DNA of 64,000 nucleotides from an uncultured Nitrososphaerota archaeon (GCA_964518475.1 CAZFGR010000001.1:64001-128000); one strand, 5' to 3'; shown: positions 1 through 10,413, counted from the stretch's first letter. Made by a program: numbers and translations. The notes: generated by a model from the sequence alone, not told the origin.

Positions 1-122
1 TATTCACCATTATATTATCTAAGAAAACAGGCAGTATCGTATACAAAATCGAATTCTACTATGTAACCTCCCTCTATGGTATTTTTCTCGCGATTTTTTG
101 GCTTTTTTATCCTCTAGTAGTC

Positions 123-398
123 ATGTTTCGTGAAATTCTAAAACCTACTCTAGAGCTAAATGTTGCTCGCCTAAAGAGAACCCTAACATTATCGCTCGTC
201 GCAAAGATTATCTTCCTATCCACATTAGTAACTCTCCTTTACACTAATCCATATGGCAAGATCTTAGCTAGTTACCCCGGACTAGGTATTTTCCTATACG
301 GATTATCAATCATACCGGTGCTTCTAGAACTTAGAAGAAGCCAAAAAATCAGGAAGATAACTTCATACTTAAAGAGAAATAAATCGTCTATTATGTAA
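123..398 (+). CDS. Small hypothetical membrane protein (2 TM)
   Basis: Two hydrophobic segments and a basic C-tail; 3 nt before the next ORF. Confidence 0.55.
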   Translation: MFREILKPTLELNVARLKRTLTLSLVAKIIFLSTLVTLLYTNPYGKILASYPGLGIFLYGLSIIPVLLELRRSQKIRKITSYLKRNKSSIM

Positions 399-401
399 TT
401 A

Positions 402-1112
402 GTGATAACCCACCCATCCCCATTATTCATGTTTTTAAAAAATCAGCGGATGGGGGATTTGGTGCAGAAGAATGTGGATCCTACTATGAATAGACTATAC
501 TTAAAAGTTGACGAAAGGGGACAGGTAAAATTACGTGTCGAGTCAATAATTGAGAATCTCAAAAAACTGAAACATGAAAAGTTACGGGAAAACGTCAATA
601 TTGTTATTCATTATGATCTCGATAAAGATAAGTGCTTACAAATATCCGTAATCGATGAGAAAATTCCTATACAATTAGCTTATGCACTCTTGGTTCTTAA
701 TCAATCCTTTTCAAAACAGCCCTCTATTCCTGAAATTCTTAACACCCTTAAAGGTGAGATTGAGAAACTAACGAGAGATCTATCTGAGACAGAGAAAACT
801 ATAGCTCAACTTGAAAATCGCCTTCTTGATGATTTTGAAAACATACCGTTCCTCCAAGCAATGTTGGATGAGCTTTTAGATATGTCTTATGAAATCGAAG
901 AAAGAAAGCGTGCTATAGAGATCGCATACAAGCTCTTAACTTTTCCAGAAACAGCTTATGATCATATACCAGCTAGAATTTTGAGAAGCGGCAAGAATGA
1001 AGAAGCGTTAATTATCCAAGAAAGAGAGATTATTTGGTTGCTTCCTTTTTCTGAATTAAGAAAAAAGTTGCATCTATTGAGTAAATCAGAGAATGAGGAA
1101 AAACCTTCTTAA
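402..1112 (+). CDS. Hypothetical coiled-coil protein
   Basis: 236-aa ORF with a heptad-rich central segment; no family recognised; start uncertain. Confidence 0.6.
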   Translation: MITHPSPLFMFLKNQRMGDLVQKNVDPTMNRLYLKVDERGQVKLRVESIIENLKKLKHEKLRENVNIVIHYDLDKDKCLQISVIDEKIPIQLAYALLVLNQSFSKQPSIPEILNTLKGEIEKLTRDLSETEKTIAQLENRLLDDFENIPFLQAMLDELLDMSYEIEERKRAIEIAYKLLTFPETAYDHIPARILRSGKNEEALIIQEREIIWLLPFSELRKKLHLLSKSENEEKPS

Positions 1113-1530
1113 ACTCGCTAGTAATCTTACTTAGAATCCCCTCGTTAATTTCTATAAAGTGCGATGGGCAATTACAATCTGTTGCTCCAAACTTTGGAAT
1201 AGAGACCTTACCTCCGAGACTTATTAAAAATTCTGCGAGTTCACATTCTAGTTTTCTATCGCTTATAACCAAGAAAATTTTCTGAATAGTCACATTTCTA
1301 TTCGTTGTTAAATAATCGATGTGCCATTTCACTGGTTTATTTCTCTTTATATGCCTAAGGATTCTGGCTCTAAGCCCTCCAGGGCCAAGAGCCGATCCCA
1401 CATATGCGTAGAGTCCTGGATTTATAGAAAAATCTCCAAGCTTACCTATCTTTACTCTCATACGTACTGGGATACTTAGTACTAATATGTAAGCACCCTT
1501 AAGGTCTGGTATACCCAAAAATTTATCCAT
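1030..1530 (-). CDS. GIY-YIG (DUF123/Uri-like) endonuclease family protein
   Basis: GAYILV...GLYAYVGSA...RILRH...WHIDYL...ECELA...FGATDCNCPSH motifs. Confidence 0.9.
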   Translation of the reverse strand: MDKFLGIPDLKGAYILVLSIPVRMRVKIGKLGDFSINPGLYAYVGSALGPGGLRARILRHIKRNKPVKWHIDYLTTNRNVTIQKIFLVISDRKLECELAEFLISLGGKVSIPKFGATDCNCPSHFIEINEGILSKITSEFKKVFPHSLIYSIDATFFLIQKKEATK

Positions 1531-1600
1531 AGTTAATCACTTGCAATATTTTCAGGTTTACATGAAAAATCTGGAGTCCTTGTAAAAAATGTGAGAACTG

Positions 1601-2482
1601 ATGGAAATAAGAATATTGGGCGCGGATTCCCTTGGAGTACGAAGCATGGCTACTTATATCAAGACAATAGATGCTAAAATACTAATAGATCCTGGAGCTA
1701 ATTTAGCTCCAAAGAGGTTTGGCCTTCCTCCCCACCCAGTTGAAATCGAGAAGTTAAAGGAGGTTTGGAAAGAAATAACGAGATATGCCGAGAAAGCCGA
1801 TATTCTCATAATTACTCATTATCATTTTGATCATTATAATCCAGAACACAATATAGAGATCTATGAGAGCAAAATCGTCTTTCTGAAACATCCCACAATG
1901 AAGATAAATGAGAGTCAAATGAGGAGAGCGAGTGCATTTATAAATAAGATCAAAGATCTTGCAGAGATCATAGAATTCGCTGATAATAGGGAATTTTTCT
2001 TCAATGAAACACGTATATTATTCTCAGCGCCAGTTCCCCATGGTATCGATACTAAACTCGGTTATGTGTTAGAAATAGTTATCGAAGATGAAAGAGGCGA
2101 AAAGTTCCTTTTTACAAGCGATACTCAAGGGTTCCCCACAGATAAGCACAGAGAATTTGTTCTGAAAACGAGACCTCACATCATATTCGCTGATGGCCCA
2201 CCTACCTATCTTTTAGGCTCCAGATACGAGAAGACACAACTAAAACAAGCACTGGAGGGATTCCTAGAAATACTCACTAGATATCCTGTGAAAAAATTGA
2301 TAATAGATCATCATTTTCTACGCGACCTCAACTGGTACGAGTATCTGGTAAGAGAAGAAGGCTTTCAAAAATATTTTGCAGAAAAAGTAATAACTACAGC
2401 GGCAGAGTTCTCTAAACAAAAACCTAACCTATTAGAAGCTCGCAGAAAAATCCTCTGGCAAGAAAAATCAGCTCAAAAATAA
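1601..2482 (+). CDS. MBL-fold metallo-hydrolase (UPF0282 family)
   Basis: ADSLGVRSMAT, IDPG, THYHFDH and DHHFLRD motifs. Confidence 0.9.
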   Translation: MEIRILGADSLGVRSMATYIKTIDAKILIDPGANLAPKRFGLPPHPVEIEKLKEVWKEITRYAEKADILIITHYHFDHYNPEHNIEIYESKIVFLKHPTMKINESQMRRASAFINKIKDLAEIIEFADNREFFFNETRILFSAPVPHGIDTKLGYVLEIVIEDERGEKFLFTSDTQGFPTDKHREFVLKTRPHIIFADGPPTYLLGSRYEKTQLKQALEGFLEILTRYPVKKLIIDHHFLRDLNWYEYLVREEGFQKYFAEKVITTAAEFSKQKPNLLEARRKILWQEKSAQK

Positions 2483-2557
2483 CTAAAAAATTAATATTCG
2501 TTTTTTCATTTATGTTATGAGTCACCCTTCTCAAGAATTTTTATTCAGGGATAAATA

Positions 2558-2974
2558 ATGGCAAAGCACATTTTTGTGGATTCTGTACGGTGCTCTGGTT
2601 GCAAAATCTGCGAACAGGTATGTGCTAAGACTCATTTTAATGTATTGAATGTATCAAAATCTGCAATAAGAATACACACAGAGTTTACCCAAGACAAAAT
2701 GAGGCATACGCATAACGTCTGCCAACAATGTGGTCCTTCAGCACCCTGTATCCGTGCATGTCCGGAAAATGCCTTATTCTGGGATGAAGAAAAGAATCGC
2801 TTGGCTATAGATCTTAACAAATGCGTTGGTCATTTCAATTGTGTAGCCGCTTGTCCTTACAATGCAATATACAGGCACCCAGCTCTTAAGCATCCGATAT
2901 TCTGCGATTTGTGCGATGGTGATCCTCAATGCGTAAAGTGGTGTCCGATGGGGGCTATTAGGCTTGTTGGTTGA
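2558..2974 (+). CDS. 4Fe-4S dicluster electron-transfer subunit of aldehyde oxidoreductase
   Basis: Four Cys clusters (CxxCxxCxxxC type); directly upstream of the AOR gene. Confidence 0.9.
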   Translation: MAKHIFVDSVRCSGCKICEQVCAKTHFNVLNVSKSAIRIHTEFTQDKMRHTHNVCQQCGPSAPCIRACPENALFWDEEKNRLAIDLNKCVGHFNCVAACPYNAIYRHPALKHPIFCDLCDGDPQCVKWCPMGAIRLVG

Positions 2975-2977
2975 GAG

Positions 2978-4861
2978 GTGATGATTATGGAGTTTAAGGG
3001 TGGGTGGATAGGTAAAATCTTGAGAGTCGACCTTTCTAAGGAAAGCGTGAAAGAAGAGGATCTTTCTAAGGAACTAGCTCTTGAGTGGATAGGTGGTCGT
3101 GGATTCGCTATAAAAATATTATGGGACGAATTAGAGCCGGGGATAGATCCATTATCTCCAGAGAATAAAGTTGTAATAGCTACTGGACCATTGACGGGTA
3201 CTATAACACCTAGTAGCGGAAAACTGGTTGTAGCTACAAAATCCCCCCTCACGGGCGGTTATGGAGATGGGAACATCGGGACTCATTTTGCACATATGTT
3301 AAAGATGTCTGGATATGATGCTTTGGTACTCGAAGGAAGAGCGAAGAAACCCGTATATGTCTACATAACTCCTAATGGCGTCGAGATTAAAGACGCGTCT
3401 CATCTCTGGGGTAAAAGCGCTATTGAAACAGAAATTACTCTACGAAAAGATCATGGAAAAGACGTGGGCGTTATCAGCATCGGCCCAGCAGCCGAAAATT
3501 TGGTAAAGTTTTCAGTTGTTATCTCCGAGTACGGCCGTGCAGGTGGAAGACCTGGAATCGGTACTGTCCTAGGATCTAAGAAAGTAAAGGCTCTTGTAGC
3601 CGAGGGATGGAACGATATCCCAGTAGCAGATATAGAAAAAGCCTTTAATCTAGCCTGGGAAGCTCGTATGAAACTACTAACTCATCCAGGGTATAGGAAA
3701 TGGATTAATCAGGGAACCATGATGACAATAGAGTGGTCTCAAGAAGCTAGTGTATTACCAACATACAACTTCAGCGAGGGAGTCTTTGACGATTACGCAA
3801 ATATTGGCGGAGAAATAATGGAGAAAGAATATAAGTTATTAAGAAAGGGCTGTTTCTCATGTCCAATGCCCTGTGGTAACTTATCAATAGCTAAACTCGG
3901 TAAGTTCATGAAGACATGGGCCGAGCTAGATTATGAAAACGTAGCAATGCTAGGTTCTAACATCGGTATTGACGACATGAATATTGTTATTAAGCTCAAT
4001 AGACTAGCTGATGAGTGGGGCGTAGACACGATATCTCTTGGGAACGCTATTGGATTCGCCATAGAGTTATATCAAAAAGGCATTATTTCCCAGAAGCAGA
4101 CTGGTGGATTAGAACTTAAATGGGGCGACGAAGAAGTTATCATTAGCCTTGCTGAGAAGATCGTGAAAAAGGAAGACATCGGAAAAATACTCGCTGAAGG
4201 AGTAAAAGCCGCCGCTGAAAAAATAGGTAAAGAAGCTCCTAAGTACGCTATTCATGTAAAGGGCTTAGAAGTTTCTGCTTATGATTGCCACGCAGCACCT
4301 GGAATGGCACTATCCTATGGGACTTCTCCAATAGGCGCGCATCACAAGGATGCTTGGGTTATTTCTTGGGAGGTCAAAATCGGTAGAGATAAGATAGATA
4401 AGAGCAAAGTCGATAAGGTTATAGAGTTCCAGCGTATTAGAGGCGGTCTATTTGAGATCTTGACGGTTTGTAGATTACCTTGGATCGAATTAGCATTAGA
4501 TCTAGATTACTATCCAAAGCTATTTAACGCAATAACCGGCCTAGATTATACCCTAGAAAACTTCTTCTTCATAGCAGATAAGATATATAACTTGATACGA
4601 GCATTCTGGATACGCGAATACGGAGAGTGGAAACGCGAATACGACTATCCACCGAGGAAATGGTTTGAGATACCTCTTTCAAAAGGTCCTCTCGCTGGTT
4701 CAAAGCTAAAGAAGGAAGCCTATGACAAGTTACTTGACTGGTACTATGAAGAAAGAGGGTGGGACAAAAACGGAATACCAAGAAAAAGCACGCTAGAGAA
4801 ATTCGGTCTATCATATGTGATATCTACTCTGGAGGAAAGAGGCGTTACACTTTCTGAATAA
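2978..4861 (+). CDS. Tungsten-dependent aldehyde:ferredoxin oxidoreductase family protein
   Basis: KSPLTG, GRAGGRPGIG, GSKKVKA, CxxCxxxC, GVDTIS and YYEERGW motifs. Confidence 0.95.
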   Translation: MMIMEFKGGWIGKILRVDLSKESVKEEDLSKELALEWIGGRGFAIKILWDELEPGIDPLSPENKVVIATGPLTGTITPSSGKLVVATKSPLTGGYGDGNIGTHFAHMLKMSGYDALVLEGRAKKPVYVYITPNGVEIKDASHLWGKSAIETEITLRKDHGKDVGVISIGPAAENLVKFSVVISEYGRAGGRPGIGTVLGSKKVKALVAEGWNDIPVADIEKAFNLAWEARMKLLTHPGYRKWINQGTMMTIEWSQEASVLPTYNFSEGVFDDYANIGGEIMEKEYKLLRKGCFSCPMPCGNLSIAKLGKFMKTWAELDYENVAMLGSNIGIDDMNIVIKLNRLADEWGVDTISLGNAIGFAIELYQKGIISQKQTGGLELKWGDEEVIISLAEKIVKKEDIGKILAEGVKAAAEKIGKEAPKYAIHVKGLEVSAYDCHAAPGMALSYGTSPIGAHHKDAWVISWEVKIGRDKIDKSKVDKVIEFQRIRGGLFEILTVCRLPWIELALDLDYYPKLFNAITGLDYTLENFFFIADKIYNLIRAFWIREYGEWKREYDYPPRKWFEIPLSKGPLAGSKLKKEAYDKLLDWYYEERGWDKNGIPRKSTLEKFGLSYVISTLEERGVTLSE

Positions 4862-4939
4862 ATGATAAAAAGAGAAAGCCTCCTCTTGCCTCCTTTTTAA
4901 AAACTTTTTCTTTCAGAGAGAACCTCCCCGTACGCTTAC

Positions 4940-5224
4940 TTAGCCGCCGCTTAGGAACGGCATTATTGAAACAATATCACCATTCTTTAACTTAGTCCCA
5001 AGATCGTTAACTGATTGACCATTAATAAGAACTATTATGTTTTCGCTAAGGGTTTTTCTCTGACTTGATTCGAAAAGTACTTTCTCTAGTTTTTCACCAT
5101 ATTTCTCCACTAACACATTTAATAGGTCTCTAATCGTTGCATCGTCTGGTAATGATATCTCCTCTTCTTTTACTTCATTAGTTAACTGTCTAAGATACGC
5201 GAAATACCTAACCTTTACCTGCAA
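4940..5224 (-). CDS. MoaD/ThiS (SAMP-like) sulfur carrier
   Basis: VKVRYFA...LINGQ...LKNGDIVSIMPFLSGG with C-terminal GG. Confidence 0.92.
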   Translation of the reverse strand: MQVKVRYFAYLRQLTNEVKEEEISLPDDATIRDLLNVLVEKYGEKLEKVLFESSQRKTLSENIIVLINGQSVNDLGTKLKNGDIVSIMPFLSGG

Positions 5225-5269
5225 GCTTTCTCCCTCTCATTAAATTAGTCGTTTATCCTCATGTATTCG

Positions 5270-5872
5270 TTATGTACTTTTGGTCTTGTTGATATACTCT
5301 ATTATTTCCTCGTACTTATTACGGGATATTATTCCCTTCTGCATCAAGATTTCAAATAACTCCTTAGCTGTTAATAAAGAAAACAAATTCACCCCTATTC
5401 TTCTCAGTCTTTCTTTTGCTCCCTGTTCCCTATCGATTACCACAATAGCGTTTTCTATGGTTCCCCCATTGTCTCTTACGACATTCACAGCCCTCTCTAA
5501 GGACTGGCCAGTTGTAGCTACATCATCAACCAACAGGACTTTCCTATCAACGACGAACCCCTCCAACAGTTTTCCTGTACCATGTTTTTTCTCTTCCTTC
5601 CGTACATATGCCATCGGAATATTCGCTATACATGAAATATAGGAAGCTAATGGTATACCGCCAGTAGCAATACCCACCACTACCTCAAAGACGGTTCTCT
5701 TCTTTGCTTCCGTCAGAATCAATCCTGCAATGTCTTTTAATATTTTAGGATACCCTATCAGCTCGCGCAAATCGATATAAAAAGGGCTTCTAATTCCAGA
5801 CGATAATATAAAGTCTCCGATCTTAACCATGCCGAGGTTATATAGCTTTACTGCTAAATCTTCTAGATTCAA
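5270..5872 (-). CDS. pyrE: Orotate phosphoribosyltransferase
   Basis: GDFILSSG..SPFYIDLR, YVRKEEKKHG and VLLVDDVATTG motifs. Confidence 0.96.
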   Translation of the reverse strand: MNLEDLAVKLYNLGMVKIGDFILSSGIRSPFYIDLRELIGYPKILKDIAGLILTEAKKRTVFEVVVGIATGGIPLASYISCIANIPMAYVRKEEKKHGTGKLLEGFVVDRKVLLVDDVATTGQSLERAVNVVRDNGGTIENAIVVIDREQGAKERLRRIGVNLFSLLTAKELFEILMQKGIISRNKYEEIIEYINKTKST

Positions 5873-6576
5873 TACTGATCCCTCATGCGTTCATTAATTA
5901 TTTCACTATGAACCTCGTTAATATGAGAGACGACCTTGAGGGGATCTTGAGCATTAACAATTAATCTCCCTATAATCTCAAAATCAGCTCCAGCTTTTAA
6001 AGCATCTCCTGGATTAGCTCCTTGAGCACCTACCCCCGGAGAGATTATTACCATCTCTTTATTCCCGAGAATTTTTCTCGCATCTCTTATGTATTGCGGC
6101 ATCGTAGCTGGGAGCACAATACCATAGAAATCAAGATCCTTAGCGATATCTAAAAGTTTCTTAAATGATTTATTAAGCATTTCTTCTGCTCCTGGATGAG
6201 ACATAGCGGCTACCATAAATAATTTCATATCAAGCTCCTTAGAGCTTTCTACAAGAACATCCAGCGCGTTTTTTACTCCAACAAACCCATGAACTATCGC
6301 AGCATCAAAATTCATTTCATTGAGTTTTTCTAAAGTCATAACCATTACGTGCCCAACATCCGCCATTTTAGTGTCGGCTATAAAAAAGAAATCTTCAGCA
6401 AAATTCTTCAAGAAATCTCTAGTCTGTGCTGATCCTTTCGTTAAAATATAGGGAAGCCCTATCTTTATCCCAGCTATTCTTCCCCGCAACTTGTCCGCTA
6501 ATGCGACGCAGTCAATTAGCGGATTATCTAGGGCAAGTATTATTCTACTACCGCCCATATCTAGAGATTTTCCCAT
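5869..6576 (-). CDS. pyrF: Orotidine-5'-phosphate decarboxylase
   Basis: ILALD, KIG, DTKMADV, MSHPGA, SPGVGAQG and IIGR motifs; overlaps pyrE. Confidence 0.96.
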   Translation of the reverse strand: MGKSLDMGGSRIILALDNPLIDCVALADKLRGRIAGIKIGLPYILTKGSAQTRDFLKNFAEDFFFIADTKMADVGHVMVMTLEKLNEMNFDAAIVHGFVGVKNALDVLVESSKELDMKLFMVAAMSHPGAEEMLNKSFKKLLDIAKDLDFYGIVLPATMPQYIRDARKILGNKEMVIISPGVGAQGANPGDALKAGADFEIIGRLIVNAQDPLKVVSHINEVHSEIINERMRDQY

Positions 6577-6669
6577 AAAAACCTCCTCAAAAGCAGTAAT
6601 GTCTCATTACAAACCGAGATCCCAGGAATTATTAATTTATTTCTCTACTTAGACTATTTTAACAACAAG

Positions 6670-7686
6670 GTGAATAACATGACTATTGATGAAAATGCAT
6701 TAAGGATAATAGAGGACACAAGCAAGAGAATATCACAGATGATCGTAAGAGGCGCTACAAACATTGCTATCGAAGCTATGAAGAGTCTAGAGAGTTTTAT
6801 TAGGAACGTCCGAGACAACGCGCTGGAACTAAGTTTCTATAAAGCAGTAGAGATATTATTCAAGAGCAGACCGACAGAACCCGCAATGCAAAATGGCATT
6901 ATTTATGTCCTCGCAACATTTGAGAAAGAGAAACAGGAAACAAACTCTATATCTGAGTTAAAAAATGCCCTTATCACAGCGACACGAGAATATATAAGCC
7001 TACTTAAAACAGCTATTAATAAAATAATTGAGATTGGGTGGAGACGCGTTCCAGAAAACGGTATTGTTATGACTCATTGCCACTCATCAACTGTTGTCTC
7101 GATCCTGCAAAAAGCAAAAGATGCTGGTAAGAAATTCATTATTATTAGTTCGGAAACGAGACCCCTTTACCAAGGTCGAAAAACCTCCAAAGAACTAGGG
7201 AGCTATGGAATAAAAGTCTACCATATCGTTGACAGTGCAATGCGATGGGCCGCTAGAAAATTTAAACCTGATATGGCATTGATTGGTGCTGATGCCGTTA
7301 CTAGTACTGGCGTTGTTATAAATAAGATAGGCAGTAAACTTTTAGCACTAGTAGCCGCCGAATTCGATTTTCCCCTTTACGTCGCTACAACACTCCTAAA
7401 ACTCGATCCTAAGACTTTATTGGGTGGTTATACTCCGATAGAAATTAGAGATCCAAGAGAGGTGTGGGAAAACCCTCCCAGAAATATTGAAGTTTTAAAT
7501 CCAGCATTTGAGACAATCGATCCCAGATATATAGACGGAATAATAACTGAAGCGGGAATAATTCCCCCAGAGATCTTTCAGTTAAAATTTGAAAGCACAT
7601 ATCCTAGGATATGGAATATAATCTCCAGTGAACAGGTAAGAAAACTATTTTTTTTTAAAAACTGTTTGGGAGAGAGATTCAAATGA
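6670..7686 (+). CDS. Ribose-1,5-bisphosphate isomerase / eIF2B-like family protein
   Basis: VRGA, SRPTEP, MTHCHSS, ETRP, GADAV, NKIGS and NPAFE motifs. Confidence 0.88.
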   Translation: MNNMTIDENALRIIEDTSKRISQMIVRGATNIAIEAMKSLESFIRNVRDNALELSFYKAVEILFKSRPTEPAMQNGIIYVLATFEKEKQETNSISELKNALITATREYISLLKTAINKIIEIGWRRVPENGIVMTHCHSSTVVSILQKAKDAGKKFIIISSETRPLYQGRKTSKELGSYGIKVYHIVDSAMRWAARKFKPDMALIGADAVTSTGVVINKIGSKLLALVAAEFDFPLYVATTLLKLDPKTLLGGYTPIEIRDPREVWENPPRNIEVLNPAFETIDPRYIDGIITEAGIIPPEIFQLKFESTYPRIWNIISSEQVRKLFFFKNCLGERFK

Positions 7687-8783
7687 TTCCTCCCGATTTA
7701 AGAGTAAAAATAACAAGAACGGGTGCAGAAATAGAGGCTCCGCTCCCTAAGGAGGAAATTTTGAATATTATCACGTCTCAGACGATCTCACAATTTAGAA
7801 AAAAATTCCGTAGAGCATTAGTTGAGTTCTATGGAAAAAACATCTTAGCGGGTGTTAGATTCATTAAAAATCTATTCGAAAGCTTGACAAGAGCAAAAAT
7901 TCCAGACAGTATTGATGATCTCTACGCAATTATTGAAGAGACTGAAAAAACTCGCCCCGATATATTCATACACATTAATGAAAAAAAGATTACATTCGCC
8001 TCAAAAATCATTAAGACTAGTGAGAAAGAATTAGAAGACTTCTTTACAATAATCTGTACCCTAAAGAGACCCGCTCGAGGAAGCGTATATAAATTCTTTA
8101 TTAGAAAAAACCTCAGACCAATAATTAATTTCTTGGAAAAAAATCAAGAAAAACTCAATGGACTACATGAACTTCTCCTCCATGAATCAATGCTAAGAAT
8201 AGCACAGGAAACACTTAGTAAGAACATACAAGCAGAAATGTTCAGATTTCTCCCAAGAGAACAGTCGGTAATAATCAACATTAGGAAAACTCCATTGAAA
8301 TTAATAGAGATCTTCTCTCCAATAGAAGGAGATCTTCCTCCATATCCTATTATAGAAATCCTTCCCCAAATTAATGAAAAAGTCTCGGAACTTATAATTT
8401 CCTACTCAACAACAAGCGTAATGAATTATGTCACCACCTTTCTAGAAGAATATCTCAAATCCGTTGAGCCGGGAAACATTAGCCTTCATATGCTAGAAAA
8501 ATCGGATAGATTGCTTCTATCAATGATAGATAATGTATCCGTAGCCCATTTCGAAATTCTGCGCCAGGAAAACATACTAAACTCATCGCATACCCTACCT
8601 TCAAAGATTCTTGATGTAGCAATGGCTGTTCTTCGCGAGAAAATTTATACAAAAATAATTATTAGCAAAAACATCCAGTTACAGCTTCACGCATATCCTC
8701 AGACAAAATTCATTACACTAGATGAGAATTGGTCGGAATTTATTAAAGAGGAGATAAAATCGTTAAAAACGAAAATCGGTTGA
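7683..8783 (+). CDS. Hypothetical protein
   Basis: 366-aa ORF with 4-nt overlaps to both neighbours; no family recognised. Confidence 0.75.
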   Translation: MIPPDLRVKITRTGAEIEAPLPKEEILNIITSQTISQFRKKFRRALVEFYGKNILAGVRFIKNLFESLTRAKIPDSIDDLYAIIEETEKTRPDIFIHINEKKITFASKIIKTSEKELEDFFTIICTLKRPARGSVYKFFIRKNLRPIINFLEKNQEKLNGLHELLLHESMLRIAQETLSKNIQAEMFRFLPREQSVIINIRKTPLKLIEIFSPIEGDLPPYPIIEILPQINEKVSELIISYSTTSVMNYVTTFLEEYLKSVEPGNISLHMLEKSDRLLLSMIDNVSVAHFEILRQENILNSSHTLPSKILDVAMAVLREKIYTKIIISKNIQLQLHAYPQTKFITLDENWSEFIKEEIKSLKTKIG

Positions 8784-9793
8784 TAATCATGAAAAACCCT
8801 AGTAAGTGTTTTCTATGCCCCCATGAGTGTGAGGACGTTAGCGATCTAGTTAATGGTCTTTGTTACATAATAGGCCGAGAGAAAACAAGAGGAATAAACA
8901 CCGTCTCTGCCGAAATTGTAAACGTTGAATCAGCTGGTTTTTTTCATTTTTTTCCCGGACATGAAGCTGTGAAGATTGCTCTCCCCGGATGCAACTTGCG
9001 ATGTCTCTTCTGTGATTACTTGGGTGGAGAGAAAAATTGGATCGTTATCTCAGAACTTGAGAAAAAACTTTCTCTTTTGCTTGAAAAGAGTTCTCCACTG
9101 ATATTATTTCTGGATTGCAGTTTCTCTATACTTCCTCCAGAACCATTGACGAGGATTATAAAATGGAAGAAAGTGTATAGGGGCGATGTCTGGATAATCC
9201 ACGCAACAAACGGTTTTGTTGACGAGAATCACTTTAAGAGCATTATTGAGCATCTGGACGCTCTCCTCGTAAAATTTTTTGGATTCTCGGATGAAGCTTA
9301 CGGGAGGCTCACGATTACGCCACGGGCTTGGAAGTATGCACAAAAAATTGTTGAGAGAGTACTTGAGAGAGGTCCTCTACTTGAACTATCATATACTATT
9401 GTCCCTGGCTTTAATGAAAAAGACTACAAGGAGTTCTTAAACTGGTTATCGTCGCTTAGACAATTTGATATACCACTTCATATTAGACGATTTTATCCAA
9501 AACATTTGTTAAAGAATAAAGCACCTACACGAACCAAGATTCTCATGGACGCTTTTAAGGAAGCCAAAAAGATGGGTTTTAATTACGTCTATATCGACGA
9601 TATATACGAAGGCGTACCCAGAAATACTTATTGTCCTAATGACAGAACCCTCTTAATACGGAGAGTAGGATATTTCGTAGAGAACACAGGAATCATCGAA
9701 TCAAAATGTAAAAAGTGTGGAAAAAGAATTAATGTTTTTGGAAAAATAAAGGAAACGGACATAAGAAGCATATTAAAACTTCCAGGAGAATGA
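8780..9793 (+). CDS. Radical SAM protein, AmmeMemoRadiSam/PFL-activase-like (divergent)
   Basis: N-terminal CxxCPxxC, GCNLRCLFC, TNG, RFYP and C-terminal TYCP...CKKCG. Confidence 0.82.
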   Translation: MIIMKNPSKCFLCPHECEDVSDLVNGLCYIIGREKTRGINTVSAEIVNVESAGFFHFFPGHEAVKIALPGCNLRCLFCDYLGGEKNWIVISELEKKLSLLLEKSSPLILFLDCSFSILPPEPLTRIIKWKKVYRGDVWIIHATNGFVDENHFKSIIEHLDALLVKFFGFSDEAYGRLTITPRAWKYAQKIVERVLERGPLLELSYTIVPGFNEKDYKEFLNWLSSLRQFDIPLHIRRFYPKHLLKNKAPTRTKILMDAFKEAKKMGFNYVYIDDIYEGVPRNTYCPNDRTLLIRRVGYFVENTGIIESKCKKCGKRINVFGKIKETDIRSILKLPGE

Positions 9794-10413
9794 TTCTAAT
9801 GAGTGACAATAGAAATGATAGCACTCTCATCAATATAAAGGAAGCAATTAACGATCACGTTGTTATCAGATTTGATAAACATCTAAGACAAACCATAATT
9901 AAGCTAGAACTACACTTGATGAGATTACCTAATAACTATTTCTTAACAATCTTTAAGCATTGCCTAGATATATGGATTCGCCGCCCTCTCCCTCTGTTTA
10001 ACATAAAGGCAGGTCCAAGTGATAGAAACTGGTCTTTGAGAATAAGAGAGGAAAAGCGGGTCTTTCGGATACTTAAAAAGCATAACCCGTTCAGCAATAT
10101 TATCTCTTACCAATTATTAGAAAATGCTGATTCGAAGGGGAAGAAATGGATCCTCATTTACTTAGATACATTAACTTATCAGCCTAAACACGTCGAAATA
10201 ACGATTCCTAATAATTATCCTCGAACACCCCCGGTAGTACACAGCCATGAGATAAAAAAGTTAGATCAGTGCCTCAACAAAGCGGATGAAAATATAGCGT
10301 CCCTATGGAGGAAAGATGGTAGATACGGTATTCCTCATTTTTTGGCATACTTTTTTTCTCCTTTGCTATATATGACCGCTTCTATTTTAAAAATAAGAAA
10401 AATATTCCAATAA
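9790..10413 (+). CDS. UFC1-like (UFM1-conjugating E2-fold) protein
   Basis: LPLFNIKAGPSDRNWSLRIREE, GKKW, ITIPNNYPRTPP, QCL, LW..GRYGIPHFLA are colinear with recalled UFC1 motifs. Confidence 0.72.
   Translation: MILMSDNRNDSTLINIKEAINDHVVIRFDKHLRQTIIKLELHLMRLPNNYFLTIFKHCLDIWIRRPLPLFNIKAGPSDRNWSLRIREEKRVFRILKKHNPFSNIISYQLLENADSKGKKWILIYLDTLTYQPKHVEITIPNNYPRTPPVVHSHEIKKLDQCLNKADENIASLWRKDGRYGIPHFLAYFFSPLLYMTASILKIRKIFQ

Noticed and set aside
402-1112. Coiled-coil ORFs (also 58439-59023 and 60200-60439) as ESCRT-III
   Set aside because: They lack the basic-N/acidic-C Snf7 helical pattern and are not linked to vps4.
4940-5224. MoaD/SAMP as the UFM1 partner of the UFC1-like protein
   Set aside because: It is a typical MoaD/ThiS sequence ending in GG next to a tungsten AOR, so a cofactor sulfur-carrier role explains it.
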